Positions 36,619 through 51,223 of a stretch of DNA of 64,000 bases are shown in pieces; within the stretch, counting starts at the first letter, position 1; every line of letters starts with the position of its first letter. Under the pieces are notes generated by a model. That model searched no databases. It had not been told where the DNA came from and saw nothing but the letters and a program-made list of their open reading frames with translations. The stretch is from Podarcis gaigeae. Taxonomy: Eukaryota. The DNA lies in assembly GCA_964106915.2 (NCBI GenBank), contig OZ066915.1; one strand, written 5' to 3'. The translations under genes and the position numbers were made by a program.

Positions 36619-38563
36619 GTAAGAGAATTAATGCCAAGTAAAGAAAAGCCTCATAAAAGACGCAGTCCACAAAAAAGCTTGGGTGCCTACTTTCATACTG
36701 ACTCTGTGCATGGGTCTGCTGTGTTTCCTAAGCGTAAGCATAGCTTGGCTGGCATGTGGCCACAGCAGAACTTGCTGCTTGGAATAGAGAGCATGACTGG
36801 AGCAGCCTGTCTTACAAATTCTTTTATGATGCCCATACATAATTACAGCCCAGTGGAAAGTGTGACCCTGTCTTATAGCAACATGCATAGGCTCTCTGGC
36901 ATCTCAGGAGATGTGCAACAGGCAGACAAGGGGTGCCATGTTGAGACCATGACCAGCGCAAGGTATTTTGCCACCCTAGGCAAGGTAAAAAATTATAACC
37001 AACACCTTCCTTACCCTGTCTTGTACAGTAAACACCATGGCATTGGTCCATGAAGTAGCCAAAAGTTTCCTGTGATAATTTAAAGCCCCCTTCTCTTGAT
37101 GCTTCACTTTGTAACATTTAAAATTTGGAACATCGATGAAGCGAACTGAAAATACAGAGCCTAGAGGCAGACTTAATGCTTCAAAATTGGAGAGTCTGTT
37201 GGGAAAGGATGTAGAGACAGGAAACAACTGATACACTTTCAAGCTTTTAGAATCCCCCCCCCCTTATATACAGGTCCATTATATACGTCACAGCTGTTTT
37301 ATTAAGAACAATTCCGAGTTTGGAAAGGGAGAGGAAAGTATATACCAGATGTGTGTTTAGTTGCACCTTTTGAATTGTCTTTCTGTGTAGTCCATGTTCA
37401 CTTCCATGTTTTTGAAATGTAAGACTGAACCAGAATTTCTGGGAGCAAAATGACTATTTTAAATACAAACCATTCTTTGAGACAGCTTTCTTCATTTCGC
37501 GCATTGGTTAATCTGCCTTAGTTCATAATATGTTCATATTTATAGAGGTATCACACTGGCTGTTATACTTTCTGTAAATTCTTTTAATGTCAGGGTGAGG
37601 CTAGGGTATAATTTGACTTTCTCACAAAATGCAAGCTTGCATTTATCGGTTTCATTAGATTCTTAATAATGCCTTTCTTATCAATTAGACTTCAAACAAG
37701 CATCATGTTTCTCTTCAACGTAGTACTTTGCATAATAGAGTTATTCACTTGTGAGCATATTAACATAGTTTCAGGATATCAAAATACCTTTTAAATGGTA
37801 TATAAAATATTCTGCTTTGGATCATTTTGTAATAGCAAGCCACTTAGCTTTTAATAGGCAAGCACTCTGCTAAACAAGCTGAACTTGTTTTCTGAAGAGC
37901 AATCAAGCTGAAGTGCCCTGAAGGTGCTCAGCTGAGAAGTGGTTTCTTGGATTTTGAGAAAGTGTCGTCAGCCATCTGTTGAAGAACATACAAAACATTT
38001 TTTTCCATGGTTTTCTTTATCTGTTTCTGGAATGAAGATTTCTTTTACAGAAATAGGAGTGATATGAAACACTTTCTCAGAAGAGAGTAATTTGATTTCT
38101 GTTTGTTGTGTAAGTGAATGATATCAGCAACAGCAATGAAGTCACATTACCGAGTGATGATCTGTATAGATCATGTGTAATGCATGTGTAATTTCATCTC
38201 TCAATGAAAATGTTAAGAGCACAAGGCCATACAATGAAATAAATTTATTTTGGGTATTAGATAAACCAAAGAATTACTTCACAAAACAAAGCACGTGTGG
38301 GATTTATGAGATTAACTTCCAAGTCTTGAGACAGATGAGTTTTATAGGATAGCTTGCTCTCGTTTGTCTCTTCCTCTGCACTGCCACATCATGTAAAAGG
38401 TTTTACATAAAGCAAGATGAAGTGATAGAAGAGTTAATTTATTTTTTATTTTGAACCTTAACAAGACAGAAAAGAGAATTTTACTTTTCCTTTCCTTTGT
38501 ATTCCTCGTAAAGATAGTGATTTGAGATTTTCAGCCAATACATTTTCCTTTTTCCTTTTTCAG

Positions 38564-38595
38564 GGGTTTAGGTGGAGAACTAATGAGGCCAGCTG
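38564..38595 (+). CDS. TBCD: TBCD exon (~ex23, 32 nt)
   Basis: ttcag|G GGT...GCT G|gtacg; GLGGELMRPA. Confidence 0.95.
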
Positions 38596-39455
38596 GTACG
38601 TCACACGACACACACACACACATATTTAATCCAAATGTTTATTATATAGCATTCTGTGGTATTATGCATTTCTCTGGTTTTTTTGACTGTAAGTAAATGT
38701 ACTTTGGAAATAAATCTTGCATCTTGAACCTTCCTCATTTTTTCAGCTGCTACACCGGTTCACCAGGCACACTGCCAATCCTTCCTTCAATTTGTACCCA
38801 AGGTCAAACTTCCCCCTTAAACCATGTCCGCTCACTCTACCCTAAAATACCTCCCCCATTTTTTTTTAAATGCAGTGCAGATAAAACACAAACAGGTTCC
38901 ATATTGGTAGTGCTCCTTGGTGGCATTTTAGCAGCCACCATAAAACTGTTTTCTTGCTTGTTTGTATCCACGAACGCAGACGTCTCTCTCCAAAAAGAAT
39001 GATTTTCAGAGGGGTTCTCATGTAGCCTGCACATAGGGGCTCCATTTGAAGAAGCTCTAATACAAGCAGAATGTTCCACACTAACATTAAGTCAAGGAGT
39101 ACTTGGATGCACTATATGCAGAAACCTAGGGAGCCTTAATTTGGGACTTGCCTGTGCCATTTCTGTATGCTTCAGTTGGTAAGGTTGGGAGTAACTTTAG
39201 CTACACTAAAGTGTATAGACCTTGTGCTAGAATAGCTGTTAAAGTACTTTTTGTGCTGATCAGTATGCATATTCACAGTGCAACACATCTACTGTGTAGC
39301 AATACCAGTATGGCTGTTATTACATTTGCTTGAGCTCTAACCCTGGTGTCTGTATAATATATATGTACAAGATCCACTGAACTCAGAGGACCATATTTGA
39401 CACAGGATTGTTCTCTGCTGTTTTCAGAAATTGTATTCTCTTCATTTTCTTCCAG

Positions 39456-39518
39456 TCTGTGCTTTAATTGAAAAGTTATCACTTTCAAAAATGCCTTTTA
39501 GAGGAGATCCCATAATAG
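39456..39518 (+). CDS. TBCD: TBCD exon (~ex24, 63 nt)
   Basis: tccag|TC...ATA G|gtagg; CALIEKLSLSKMPFRGDPII. Confidence 0.96.
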
Positions 39519-39800
39519 GTAGGTGATGTTTTTGATGTCTTAAATTTATTCTGTCTTTTTATCTGTTGAAGATTATAATTGCATTCAAATGCACAGTCCT
39601 CTTGATTTCACTTGCCAAGAATATGGCTCACAGAGATATGCTTATTTTCTATCGTCACAAGATGTTCTTTAGGGCTGTGAATGTCCTAACATGCCTTTCA
39701 TGACCCAGTATTTTTGCTTGTTGCCTCCTGCTGTCATTGGCATCATGATGCTATGACTGTGTTTGTCATATTCATTTTAATTCAGAAAAGAATTGGCCAA

Positions 39801-39895
39801 ATTGAGCCCCTCTTTGGGCAAAGAATTCCTGAATTGCACAGGGTTGGACTAGATGAACCTCATGGCCCCTTCCAACTCTACAGTTCTGTGATTCG
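39801..39895 (+). mobile_element. CR1 3' tail
   Basis: gggttggactagatg...ccccttccaactctacagttctgtgattc. Confidence 0.75.
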
Positions 39896-40315
39896 GTGAA
39901 ATGATGCAGCACATGGAGAAAATTGTATAGGGTAATGTCATCTGCAGGAGACTTGGGACAGCAATTCTACCCCACTCAACAGAATGTTCCGTCTATAACA
40001 GAATGCTTCTCTCAATCTTAGTTTGAGTGGGAAAGGGAACCCTGGGTGCCAGGAAAAGGCCTTTGTGGACCCCCGTGATAGATGACGCACCAATCTCAAA
40101 AGCAAATTGAAAACAAAGTTGAAAGCATTTAATATGGGTACAGAAATCCATAAGGATGCACACTTAAATTTGCAGAGATCAGCTGGAGTTTTTATGAACA
40201 CACTCTGGAACCTTTGAATATATTAAAAGTTGTTGTTTTCTAAAAGGTGATGAATACTGGTATGTTTAATTTTAGGTAACTAATGTATTATCAAACATGC
40301 TTTCTTTCCCTCTAG

Positions 40316-40392
40316 CTGAATGGCAGTCGCTCATAAATGACAGTTTCAAAAGTCTCCACCTTGTTTCAAGCAATGCAAAGCAACAAATAAAG
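40316..40392 (+). CDS. TBCD: TBCD exon (~ex25, 77 nt)
   Basis: tctag|CT...AAG|gtaca; EWQSLINDSFKSLHLVSSNAKQQIK. Confidence 0.95.
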
Positions 40393-40625
40393 GTACAGTT
40401 TGCTGTATCTGTATTGTTGTTGCTTGTTTTGATAAAAAAGAAAACATTCATATTTTCGTATTATGAAAGTTGCTCTCAAGGTATTCTTAAATTACCCAGG
40501 TGCTGTATATAACAGAACACAAGAGCACTTTGGGCTTGTATTTCCATGTGATGTAAATTAATTGTTTCTGTGAAAGGACAGAACCTCATTTTCATCCTGA
40601 AGTGATCAATTTTATATTTATAATG

Positions 40626-40981
40626 AGGGTGGCGCTGTGAGTAAAACCTCAGTGCCTAGGACTTGCCAATCGTATGGTCGGCGGTTCAAATCCCCACGGA
40701 GGGGTGAGCTCCCGTCTTTTGGTCCCAGCTCCTGCCCACCTAGCAGTTTGAAAGCACCCCAAGTGCAAGTAGATAAATAGGTACCGCTTTATAGCGAGAA
40801 GGTAAATGGGGTTTCCGTGTGCTGCGCTGGTGCTGGCTCGCCAGAGCAGCTTCGTCACACTGGCCACGTGACCCGGAAGTGTCTCTGGACAGTGCTGGCT
40901 CCCGGCCTCTTAAGTGAGATGAGCGCACAACCCTAGAGTCAGACACGACTGGCCCGTACGGGCAGGGGTACCTTTACCTTT
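40626..40981 (+). mobile_element. Sauria SINE
   Basis: Same head, body and (ccttta) tail as 12165 and 61169. Confidence 0.9.
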
Positions 40982-40983
40982 TA

Positions 40984-41292
40984 CCGTATTTTTCGCCCTA
41001 TAGGGCGCACTGGCTCATAGGATGCACCTCTTTTTTGGGGGGGGGAATGAATAAATGAATAAAATTTATCCCCCCCCCCAGCTGCAGGGCTGGGGCGGGG
41101 GAAGCTCCTGCCAGGCTTGCAAGGCTCACGGATAGCTTCCTGAAGCCTGGAGAGTGAGAGGGGTTGGTGCGCACCGACCCCTCTCACTCTCCAGGCTTCA
41201 GCGAAAGCCTGCATTCGCCCCATAGGACGCACACACATTTCCTCTTCATTTTTGGAGGGGAAAAAGTGTGTCCTATAGGGCGAAAAATACAG
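40984..41292. mobile_element. Tc1/mariner-type MITE with internal palindrome
   Basis: TIR ccgtatttttcgccctatagg / cctatagggcgaaaaatacag, TA TSD. Confidence 0.9.
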
Positions 41293-42273
41293 TAAATGAA
41301 ATTTAGGACAGCAACTCAACTCAAGTTGCACTGCTCTTTGAACTCTATATGAAACTGAATAGGCTTGTTATAGAGACTCCATAACAAACCATAGGAAAAG
41401 ATTAAACCAAGCACATTCTTAAATTGAGATACTCTTTTGTCGAATTCATTTGGGTGGTTGTTGTTGTAAATTTACTGCCTGATCATAAGTGACGTGTGCA
41501 GAAAGAGAAAATCTTTTGCATGATACTGTATAGTTTTTTCTCATTTAAATAAATAAAATGATGGTCCACTCTTTCCCACCTATCTGTGGGAGTGAGGAGA
41601 GGCTCCATAGCTCATGGCAAAAGCTACAGTCATTTAGGAAGCTGGCTGTAATACAGCCACACCCAAACCTAATGGGCCCTGCCCAGAATGCCATCTCTCC
41701 CCATAGGCTATTTTGGAGAGGGATCATTGTGCGAGTATACAATGAAGCTTAAAGCCTAAATAACCTCTGCTGGTTTGACTAGTGTTTGCTTTTAAAGGTA
41801 TGGAAGGCAATATATACACCATGCACCTATTCCTGTGCTAAATTGAGTTAAATTAGAACAAATTGTTGAGTAAGCATCAAGTAAATTCTGTTGCAAGTTC
41901 AACTCTTTAATTTAAGTCTACTAAAATTAGGTTCAGGGTTGTTAATTTAGCCTCCATAAAATTATACTGATGAGCTTTAAAACAGTTTTATAAGTCATGA
42001 GCTATTAGTTACTGTGCCTTCAGACACAGTCCTGAATGGAGAACGTGATCCAAGATACTTTGGAGTGTTATTTTATCTCCTAAACAGTAACAAGTCATGA
42101 ACTGAAAATCTCCTGGCTTGGAATGCAAAGCTTATCTTCAGCTGTTTTATGAATGGGCCCATAGCAAACTACAGTAAAATTATTCATAGGGATAGAGATT
42201 ATTCATTGGGTTTTCCTACAATAGTTGAAAGGAAAGATCTTTTGATTGTTACAGAGTTTTGCCTTTGTCTTAG

Positions 42274-42355
42274 GAATCAGCAGTCGCTGCATTAGCTGCT
42301 CTGTGTAATGAATACTACTACATTGAAGAGGAGGGAGCAAATCCAGCTCAGCGAG
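42274..42355 (+). CDS. TBCD: TBCD exon (~ex26, 82 nt)
   Basis: cttag|GAA...CGA G|gtact; ESAVAALAALCNEYYYIEEEGANPAQR. Confidence 0.95.
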
Positions 42356-43082
42356 GTACTGATTCATAATGTTTGTCTCTTGCCTTTATTAAGGGATAGC
42401 CTGTGATGATCTTGTTAGCTAGAAAACTTCCTACAGGACCAGAACTAGTCCTTAAATAAACATCTCAGTGGTTAGCAACTTCTCAGGACCAGCCCAGTTA
42501 TTTATGTGGGCTTCTAAGACGCACTTAATTGGAGGTGACAGCAGCATTGCTTGTCCCTTTTGGAGAAATGAAAGAATTCTGATTTGCACATGTGTGAGAC
42601 AATGTTTGTAATATGCCTAGTAAAGTGCCACTTGAATTAAAGCAGTGAAAGTGTGCACTTCTGAATCAGCTCTTCACCACAATTTTACTTCTCTACAATG
42701 GAGTTAGAGTTAATAAAGTTTTGTAACATGAGAAGAAAATTTGCAGATCAGAGCTTTTATGGTGGTATTTGGGGTGTTCCATAAGTGCTATAATACTGCT
42801 AATGCAATGGGATGCCTCCCTTCTCCTCCCTGCACATATCCAGAAACCTCCTCATCTGCTCTGGAAGCTTGAAGAAAGCTTGGACAGATTTGGGAAAGGG
42901 GCGGGCTGCGAAGAAGGGAGAAGGCCTTATTGTGCAATCAGAAATCCCTGTGCTGGCAGAATTCATTAATTAGCATTACATTGAATACAGCCTTTTATGC
43001 ATAAAGTAGAAAATGGCATAATGCATAAAACAGCTGGTGCCGGCAGGCATGATCCAGCAAATGGCACCCAGGCACAGCCTTC

Positions 43083-43084
<2 letters not shown>

Positions 43085-43139
<55 letters not shown>
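43085..43139. repeat. (CT)n microsatellite
   Basis: seen directly. Confidence 0.95.
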
Positions 43140-43140
<1 letters not shown>

Positions 43141-43972
43141 AACCTATCCTGCAGAGAGCCTGAAAGGGAGAGGAATGCAATTGGAGGGAAATAGGATTAA
43201 TTAGAGTAAGATTGCTGGTGGGTAGCAACACCCCAACTACTATCCTCTAATTTGGAAGAATTTACAGGGCCTCCACCCTAATAAGTAACATAGCAAATCA
43301 TGGTTAGTTTTTGTGCGCAGTTGGGCATGATAATTTACCTGCAGAGCTTGATGCTTTGGGTTTTGGTCATAGCTTGAAGATCTAGCTTACATCTTCAAGG
43401 TACAGGCTTCACAATGGAAATGAAGATGCCCAGAGTAGCCATCATATTTCTTTTTTATATGTAGTGATATTTTTATACATAATTTCATTCTCCCCGTTTC
43501 CAGCAGTTTCTTCCCTCTGTAATTTGTTGTATTTTTCTTCAACACTTGCTTTAGCTTGTAGCCATTATTTCTGTTAAATTAACAGTTTAGAGATCATGCA
43601 TTTCATTGTGTTATCACATTTACATTTTCTTACTAGTGCCATCTTATAGTCCCATAGGCACTGTTGGGTACTTATCAAGAAACAGCCTATGTGGAGTTTT
43701 CTGCAACCTTTTAATTTGGTTCCTTGTGCTGCTAACAAATTGTCTTTGAAATTAAAATGAGTGCTGATGAAATTTCATTATCTTGGGTGTTCTCACAAGA
43801 CACATAGACAAGAGTAGGATGCCTGTGCTGCTTCAGGCCTCAGTGTTTTATATTTGCACAAATATCTAAAATATCTGTGCTGTTTCTCAGATGTTCGCAG
43901 ACAGAGCCTCTTTGAGGTGTGTGTTTGTGTATTTTCCCATTCTATACTTCTCTGAGCATCTTAAAGTTTATA

Positions 43973-44207
43973 CAGTGGTACCTTGGGTTACATACACTTC
44001 AGATTACATACACTTCAGGTTACAGACTCCGCTAACCCAGAAATAGTACCTCAGGTTAAGAAATTTGCTTCAGGATGAGAACAGAAATCGTGCTCCGGCG
44101 GCGCAGCGGCAGCAGGAGGCCCCATTAGCTAAAGTGGTGCTTCAGGTTAAGAACAGTTTCAGGTTAAGAACGGACCTGAATTAAGTACTTAACCCGAGGT
44201 ACCACTG
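43973..44207. mobile_element. Tc1/mariner (Tigger-like) MITE
   Basis: CAGTGGTACCT TIRs, TA TSD, internal 16-bp tandem duplication. Confidence 0.92.
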
Positions 44208-44890
44208 TAGATCATACTGATGAATTGATTTAAGCAGAAGTAATAAGCCTCTGCATGTGCTAAGAAAATCCATCTTAACGTGGTCTTAATTTGAGCCAGG
44301 GTCATTGGGCTTGGTTCTACAATCAGTACCAGGGAATGGCAACCCCAGACAGTGTAAAGTACTAATAAAAAAAAAAAGTAAATGCATTTGAGTTGTTGCA
44401 GAACTCATTTCCTTCGGTATTGATTAATCACAACCACCCCCTTCATAGCTACACAATTTCCAGATAACAGTGTTAGTTGCAATTCCAGGCAGGAACGAAT
44501 GTGGGCATCTCTCACTTTAAAAATCAAGCACAACCTCCAACAGCAGTGCTGCGGAGAAATTCCTTCAGAAATGTCACATTGTTACCAGGTTCCAGCGTAT
44601 GGAAACCACTTCCTGGAATCCAGTGAAGCATCTTCCTCAAGAGATGCAAGGCTGGAACTTTCAGTAGATTTATGCTCGTTGTTGCCTTAGAACACATCCT
44701 TCAATTCAGTTGTGAAAGGGTAAAACTTTGAAAAAAAATTTGGCCTGCACAGTCATGTTGAGTACACTGTCCTGCTTTCCTAACAGTAAAAAAAATCCAT
44801 AGTAAATCATTTGAATGACTAGACAATGACTGCAGCAATTTGAAATCACCTTTTATCTCTCTCTGGAAATAATTTATGCAAATATTCTAG

Positions 44891-45091
<201 letters not shown>

Positions 45092-46085
45092 TAGAGAGTG
45101 GGGATTTAATATTTTTAATATTTTTTTGTAAGTGCTTAAAGGAATATCATGAAGGAACATACAACAATACAGTATTGCTGACCATGTTTGGTGGTTTATA
45201 ACCAAATCTCTGTCAAGGTTTCTGTGTTAATCTTAGTTTCTTGTGGAAATGATTCTTTGAAGGGATGAGGGATAGACACCGTACTCATAATAGGGCAAAA
45301 AAAGGCAACCAAGTAATGGGCAATGGGTAAATACTGCCATATTGTGGAGCGGGGAAATAGTTTCCTCTTCTAATGTATTGCTCTCCAGCAACACTCTTCA
45401 GTAGCCCAACTCTTCCTGGGGGTGTCACTGTTTTCTTCCATGGCAAGGGAAGCAGGAAAACTAACAATAAAAAGCTTAGATTTTTTATATATAGTTAGAC
45501 ATTCAAACCTCAGAGTTGTGCCAGGGAAAAGAACAAGTGTTATGCACACTTATGAGGAAAGAGACAAATTTGCTTTATATCTTTACAGTAGTGATGGGAA
45601 ACCTCCATGAGGGCCAGCAGTCCTTCCCATTTGGCCCATAGGCCATTTTGGTGAAGCCACACCCACCTGTGATGTCATATGACATTAGATGTTGTATTGG
45701 TGAAGCTGTGGCACCACATTCCAAAGGAAGAATTGGGAGTGACTATTCTTCCTTTGTAGCTGTGGCTATACATTTGAATATGATGCCAGGTGGGTGGCCC
45801 TGCCCAGCTGTCAAAATGGCCTGAGGAGGGCTGGCCAGTTCTCCACCTTTGCCTTATAGAAAGGCTATCCTTCCTTGTCAGATAAAGCATGTTAGTGAAG
45901 GAGTATCAGGAGGCTTGCATTGGACAGTCTTTGTATCCTGTACCTGTCACAAAAACGGAGGGTGAATTTAGAATGAAGCTAGATGCCTGGCAGCAAACAC
46001 AAGATTACTGGTTGTGTGTTCATGTCAAGTGTGCAAAGTAAGTGTGTGTGTGTAGCCACTTTAACTTCTACTGCTTTTTAGATAA

Positions 46086-46277
<192 letters not shown>

Positions 46278-47533
46278 TAATGTAAGTGCCATTAATGAGG
46301 GGGAAGTGTTGGCCTTGTTTTTAAGACTGTCCTTCTATATCAGATAATAGGGAACCTTGTCTAGCTCCTGGGGCATTACCCGCATGACCTTGAGTTCTTT
46401 GCTGGCACAGGAAGGAACAGAAAAGCAGCAAGTTTCAGGCCCCAAGGCCCACTCTGGATCAGGTCCTAGTGTGGGGGATAGAAGGGCTTTCGCCCCTTTT
46501 CCCACCACTGTTGTCCCAGTCTGGATTGGGCTGCCGCACATGTAATTTGTATTGCTCGCAGCCAATCCATTGCAACACACAAGCCCTCCTTAGGTGGTAC
46601 CAGGAAGGGTTAAGTCATCACGGTAGGGATGGGTGCACTACCTCTGCACCCTCTTCACTGTTCTTGCTGCCCTCTGACTCCTGGGAAATGACTATGTGAA
46701 GTAGGGAGCCTCTCCTGTACTTGTGGGGGCTCCCCATGCATTTTAGAAACTTGGACCATAAGGTTTTCAAACAGGTGATGAGCGTGATGAGCTTCCCTCA
46801 GGCTTCCTGCTGCACAAGGTTGCCTTCCCCAAGGTGACTGATGAAGAGACTTTTGCTGAGGCAGGCGGAGCTAACATGTTCATCCCCACTGCCTCCTCAC
46901 ACCTTACTGGAAATGCCTGAAGAAGGTTATTGTGAAAACCTCACTTAGGTCCTTTGTGTCTCTGTGTACGTGTGTTTGATTATGGGTGTGCCTGGCCCTG
47001 TGGGTTGCTGGAATGTGGCTCCCTCAAAGCTTTCTGTGTGGCGAGTCGCCATGTAATCTACATGGCCACCACAAACCCAGGTACCTATGTCTCTGATAAT
47101 CAGACCTGCTACTAGGGTCCCTGTTTCTCAGAGGAGTAACCTCAGCACAGTTGGATAGCTCTTCATCTCCCAAGGAATGAGTCACTTCTAAGAGATTTCC
47201 CTCTTCCTAAGAGTGACATCTTCCTTCCATAATACCCCAGGTCCATGTTACAGCAGATAATCTGCCACCCTTGGGAGTAAGATGCTGCTTTCATTTTCCC
47301 CGAAGACCTTACCCACCAACCGCCTTCCCTCTCTTGCACTCAGAAGATCAAACTTGTTCCCTCTGAGCCAGGAACTCACCTGTGAGTTGGAAGCTTGTAG
47401 AGCACTTCCAGAAGCTCACAATTTTAGGATAACATCCATAGAAAGTACATTTCATGAACATTGATAATTGATACCTTTCATAAATAGCAGTTTTGTTTAG
47501 CAGTTTTGTTTGCTATTAATGCATAAATTTTAA

Positions 47534-47740
<207 letters not shown>

Positions 47741-47987
47741 TAAGGCTTTGTTGTTGCTTATTGTCCCATCAAGGCAAAAAGTGGATAGGATTCAGAGAAA
47801 GAGCCCAGCAAATATTACAAGGCATTCTGGAATAGGATGCCATTTCAGTTCTACCCCGCCCAGAGGAATCTCTTATTGAACTACAAATGTAACCTGTAGA
47901 ATGAAAATGCTAAAAGTGTGCTAAAGGCTTTTATTAAGTTTCTGGCTCATGAATACCATTGATGGGCATTCACTTCCGAAAAATATA

Positions 47988-48238
47988 CAGTGGTACCTCC
48001 GGTTGCGGCCGGGATCTATTCCGGAGCTCCGGCCGGATCTCGAGGTTTCCGCAACCGGAGGGACTGCTTCTGTGCACGCACATGCAGCGGTAGAGCGCTT
48101 CTGTGCATGTGCAAAGTGGTAGACCGCTTCTGCGCATGCGTGCGTGGCAAAAACCAAGGAATATACTTCTGGGTTTGCCGCTTATGTATTGCCTGAAGTT
48201 TATGTAAGCGGAGGGATACATAAGCAGAGGTACGACTG
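47988..48238. mobile_element. Tigger-like MITE (second family)
   Basis: cagtggtacctc...gaggtacgactg, TA TSD. Confidence 0.88.
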
Positions 48239-49084
48239 TAATTCATAGAGCAAGAAGGTTACAGACTCTCCCATCCCTTTCACCATTCACTTTCATTTGC
48301 CGATACTTTAGTATTGTTTTAATACTTCCTGGGGCATATCTATAGCCCAAGTAACAAGATTGACTGCTTAACTCGCATGCTGGTGACTGGACAGCAGAGG
48401 GCGCAGTTGTACCAGCTGTTGGGCTCTCTCATGTGTTGCTACCTTTTGCAAGCATTTGCACATATTATTTTAAAAGCAAATGAGCTGTTGCTATCTCTAC
48501 TATCTACATTCCCTAGAGTGCTAATTTGACATAAACACAATGGCATAAATCCAGCTCTGCCTTGGGTGCACTGAAGCCCATGGATTTAAATGTCATTAAT
48601 AAACAACCTCCTTTCTGCCAGAAAATTCTCAAAATTCAACCTTTTTTGATAGTTTCGTGTGAGAATTCCAGTTGGTTGGTGTGCAGTGTTCACTCTCCCA
48701 CTGTTACATCGTGTTGAGTCAGGATTATAAATAAATAAGATAAATCGTTACACTTTGTACCCTTTATCTAGTGCTTTCATTCCATTCCAACCACATAACA
48801 AGCGTAATAAACTCAAGTCTTCATCTTTGAGCCCTAAATCTAAGAATAACTAGTGTAACGTCATGTCAAGTACCCAGTGCCTAGAAAACATAAGCTATGT
48901 AGCTATCTAAAATTCTTCTTGATTATATTTTAGCGTCAAGAAAATGTATTTATTTAAAATATTCAACACAAGGTTTCAATGTGGGATACAAACGAATACT
49001 AATCAAAACATAAGGACATAACATTACAGTCACCATCAGTCTTAAAACTACAGTGCAGCACCTATAAAATTCCCAGCCAAACAT

Positions 49085-49810
49085 TGAAGTTAATGTGGTG
49101 AGGCTGAACAAGCTGAAGGTTAATCCAGGCACGACCAAGGTGTATGAGTAGGAGAACTGCTGTCTCTGGATATACAGTTCTAGGTGTTTTGCACTCCCCT
49201 TGAAGAACCACACCAGCAGTTCGGTAATGATCCAGAGCTTGTCACCAACTGAGGAAGCTCAGGTGGCAGCTGTGGCTAGGATAAATTCAGCTGGTACACC
49301 ACATGTGACCCTGTCTAGAAGGGTCACATGTGGTGTACCAGCTTGATAGATATCTTGCCTCAGTTATCTATGCATTTGCTGCAGCCAAACCATACTGCTG
49401 CAATGCTTTCTGTGTGCTGTTGCCTGTGAAGGCTTGAAACTGTAACTGGAAACTTGTGGCTGAGGCCAGGTTATGGGAACATCACCTATACCATACCAGT
49501 TGCAGTGGTTGCCCATGTATATCAAGGCCCAATTGAAAGGGCTGGTCATTACCTTTGACACCCTGAAGAATCTGTGGCCAGGTTACCTGCAGGATTGCCT
49601 GCGCTCCTAACAAACTACATATACCTTGCAATTGGCATTGGAGGACTTGCTGCATTGCCCACTTGTTAAGATTATCCGGCCCTTGTAACAGAGGCTTCTC
49701 ACCAGTGGCCCCACGAATGTGGAACTCAGTTCCTTCTGAGACTCAGCAGGCCTCATCCCTGTCGATGTTTAAGAGGGCCTTGAAGTCCTGCTGTTTTCTT
49801 GATGGCTTCT
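49085..49810 (+). mobile_element. L2-clade LINE 3' fragment, degraded
   Basis: NKLKVNPGTTK (cf. LKLNPxKTE), cagttgcagtggttgccc (LHWLP-like), AFS...APRMWNS motif. Confidence 0.7.
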
Positions 49811-51223
49811 GGTTAATGCATACTGCACTTTTATGCTGGCTTTTGGATTTTCACTGTTTTATTGCTGACTGCTTTTGTTGTGCTCTTAAGAGTAGACATG
49901 AAATGATATTATTATTATATTGCAATGCTGTTTTGATTCTAAATATTGTTATAAGCTGCTTTGTGGAGATACTTTCACAAAGATCAGTGTGGACATTTCT
50001 TCAGTAAATAAGCCTTATTGCTTGAGGAGAGGACTAGAAGATGGGAAAGCTCTCAGTGGTCTTGCCCCTCTTCTTGCAACAAAGATGAGTGGTTTGGCAT
50101 AAGAACTGGCTGGAAGGGCACTCTTGTGAATCTTGTCTACTTGGTACTGCTCTTTTTTATTTTCTTAAAAGTATGTATTTTACGTATAAAAGTCAAACAG
50201 GTTTAGGAAAGAATTGCTCTTGTATATGAAGAAAGCTTTGGTTGGATATTTTTTTTAAAAAAAAAGATTCGTGGGAAAGCTAACCAACTGTATTTTCCAT
50301 ATGCAAACTTAACATTCCTTTTGACAGTTTGGACATGTCCCAGCGCATAAACTGTCTTCAGGTGTTGGATATGAGTACCTTAATAGTAAGATGTCATACA
50401 AAAAGAGGAAGAAGTATTCTTTGTTGAAAGGTTGCCAAACGCTATGATGCAGTTTATATTCCCTACCCCCCCCCCTAATTCTCACTTACTTGTCCACCCA
50501 TTTTCAGACTTCATATGCATTTGCCTTCTTTTCACATTGGAAAAGTACAAAAATACAAAAGGCAGGCCACTGTGATAAGATAGTGATAAGAAGAACAGTT
50601 CTCTGTTACTGAAGTAGGTTAATAGCTCTTTAAATACTCACTGGAATCACAGGGGTAATGCATCTGTAGACCAGGTTTTAGCTTAATTATGTGAACACAT
50701 GTAGTATTGATATGCATGAAAAAGAAGCCAAACTCTCTATTGAGATCAGGAAGGAAATGTTCTGGGCCATCCCAGTGTGTCCTAGATGAAAATAAGTTGC
50801 TTCTGCTTGTGCAAGTTGGGACACCCAATTTCTGCTGCTACCGCCCCCTCTACATACACTGCAGCCCTCTGTACCACATCCTACTCTGTTAACACCCAGC
50901 TGGGATGCAGTCCCAATTCTGCTCACCCTCCTCAACAGTTGCTGTCTACTAATAAAATAAAATAAGAACCACATCATTTGCTTTCCTGCAATTAACTGGA
51001 CGTATAACTTGGCCCTTAGAATGGTCCTTTGTTTTCTACTCTTCCTTTGTTATATGTATGTATGTATTCTATATCACAGAGACTGACATGGAAGAAAGCA
51101 CACTGATATATGAGACTGTGGCGTGAAAGTATATTATTCTGATAATAGAAGCAATGTAGATTTACATGAAGCATGTCCGTAAGAAGTTATAAATTTACAA
51201 TGGCAACTTGCTTATTTTTACAG

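Noticed and set aside
36598-37053. 151-aa plus-strand ORF
   Set aside because: It starts out of frame in the 23-nt TBCD microexon and runs through intron and repeat sequence.
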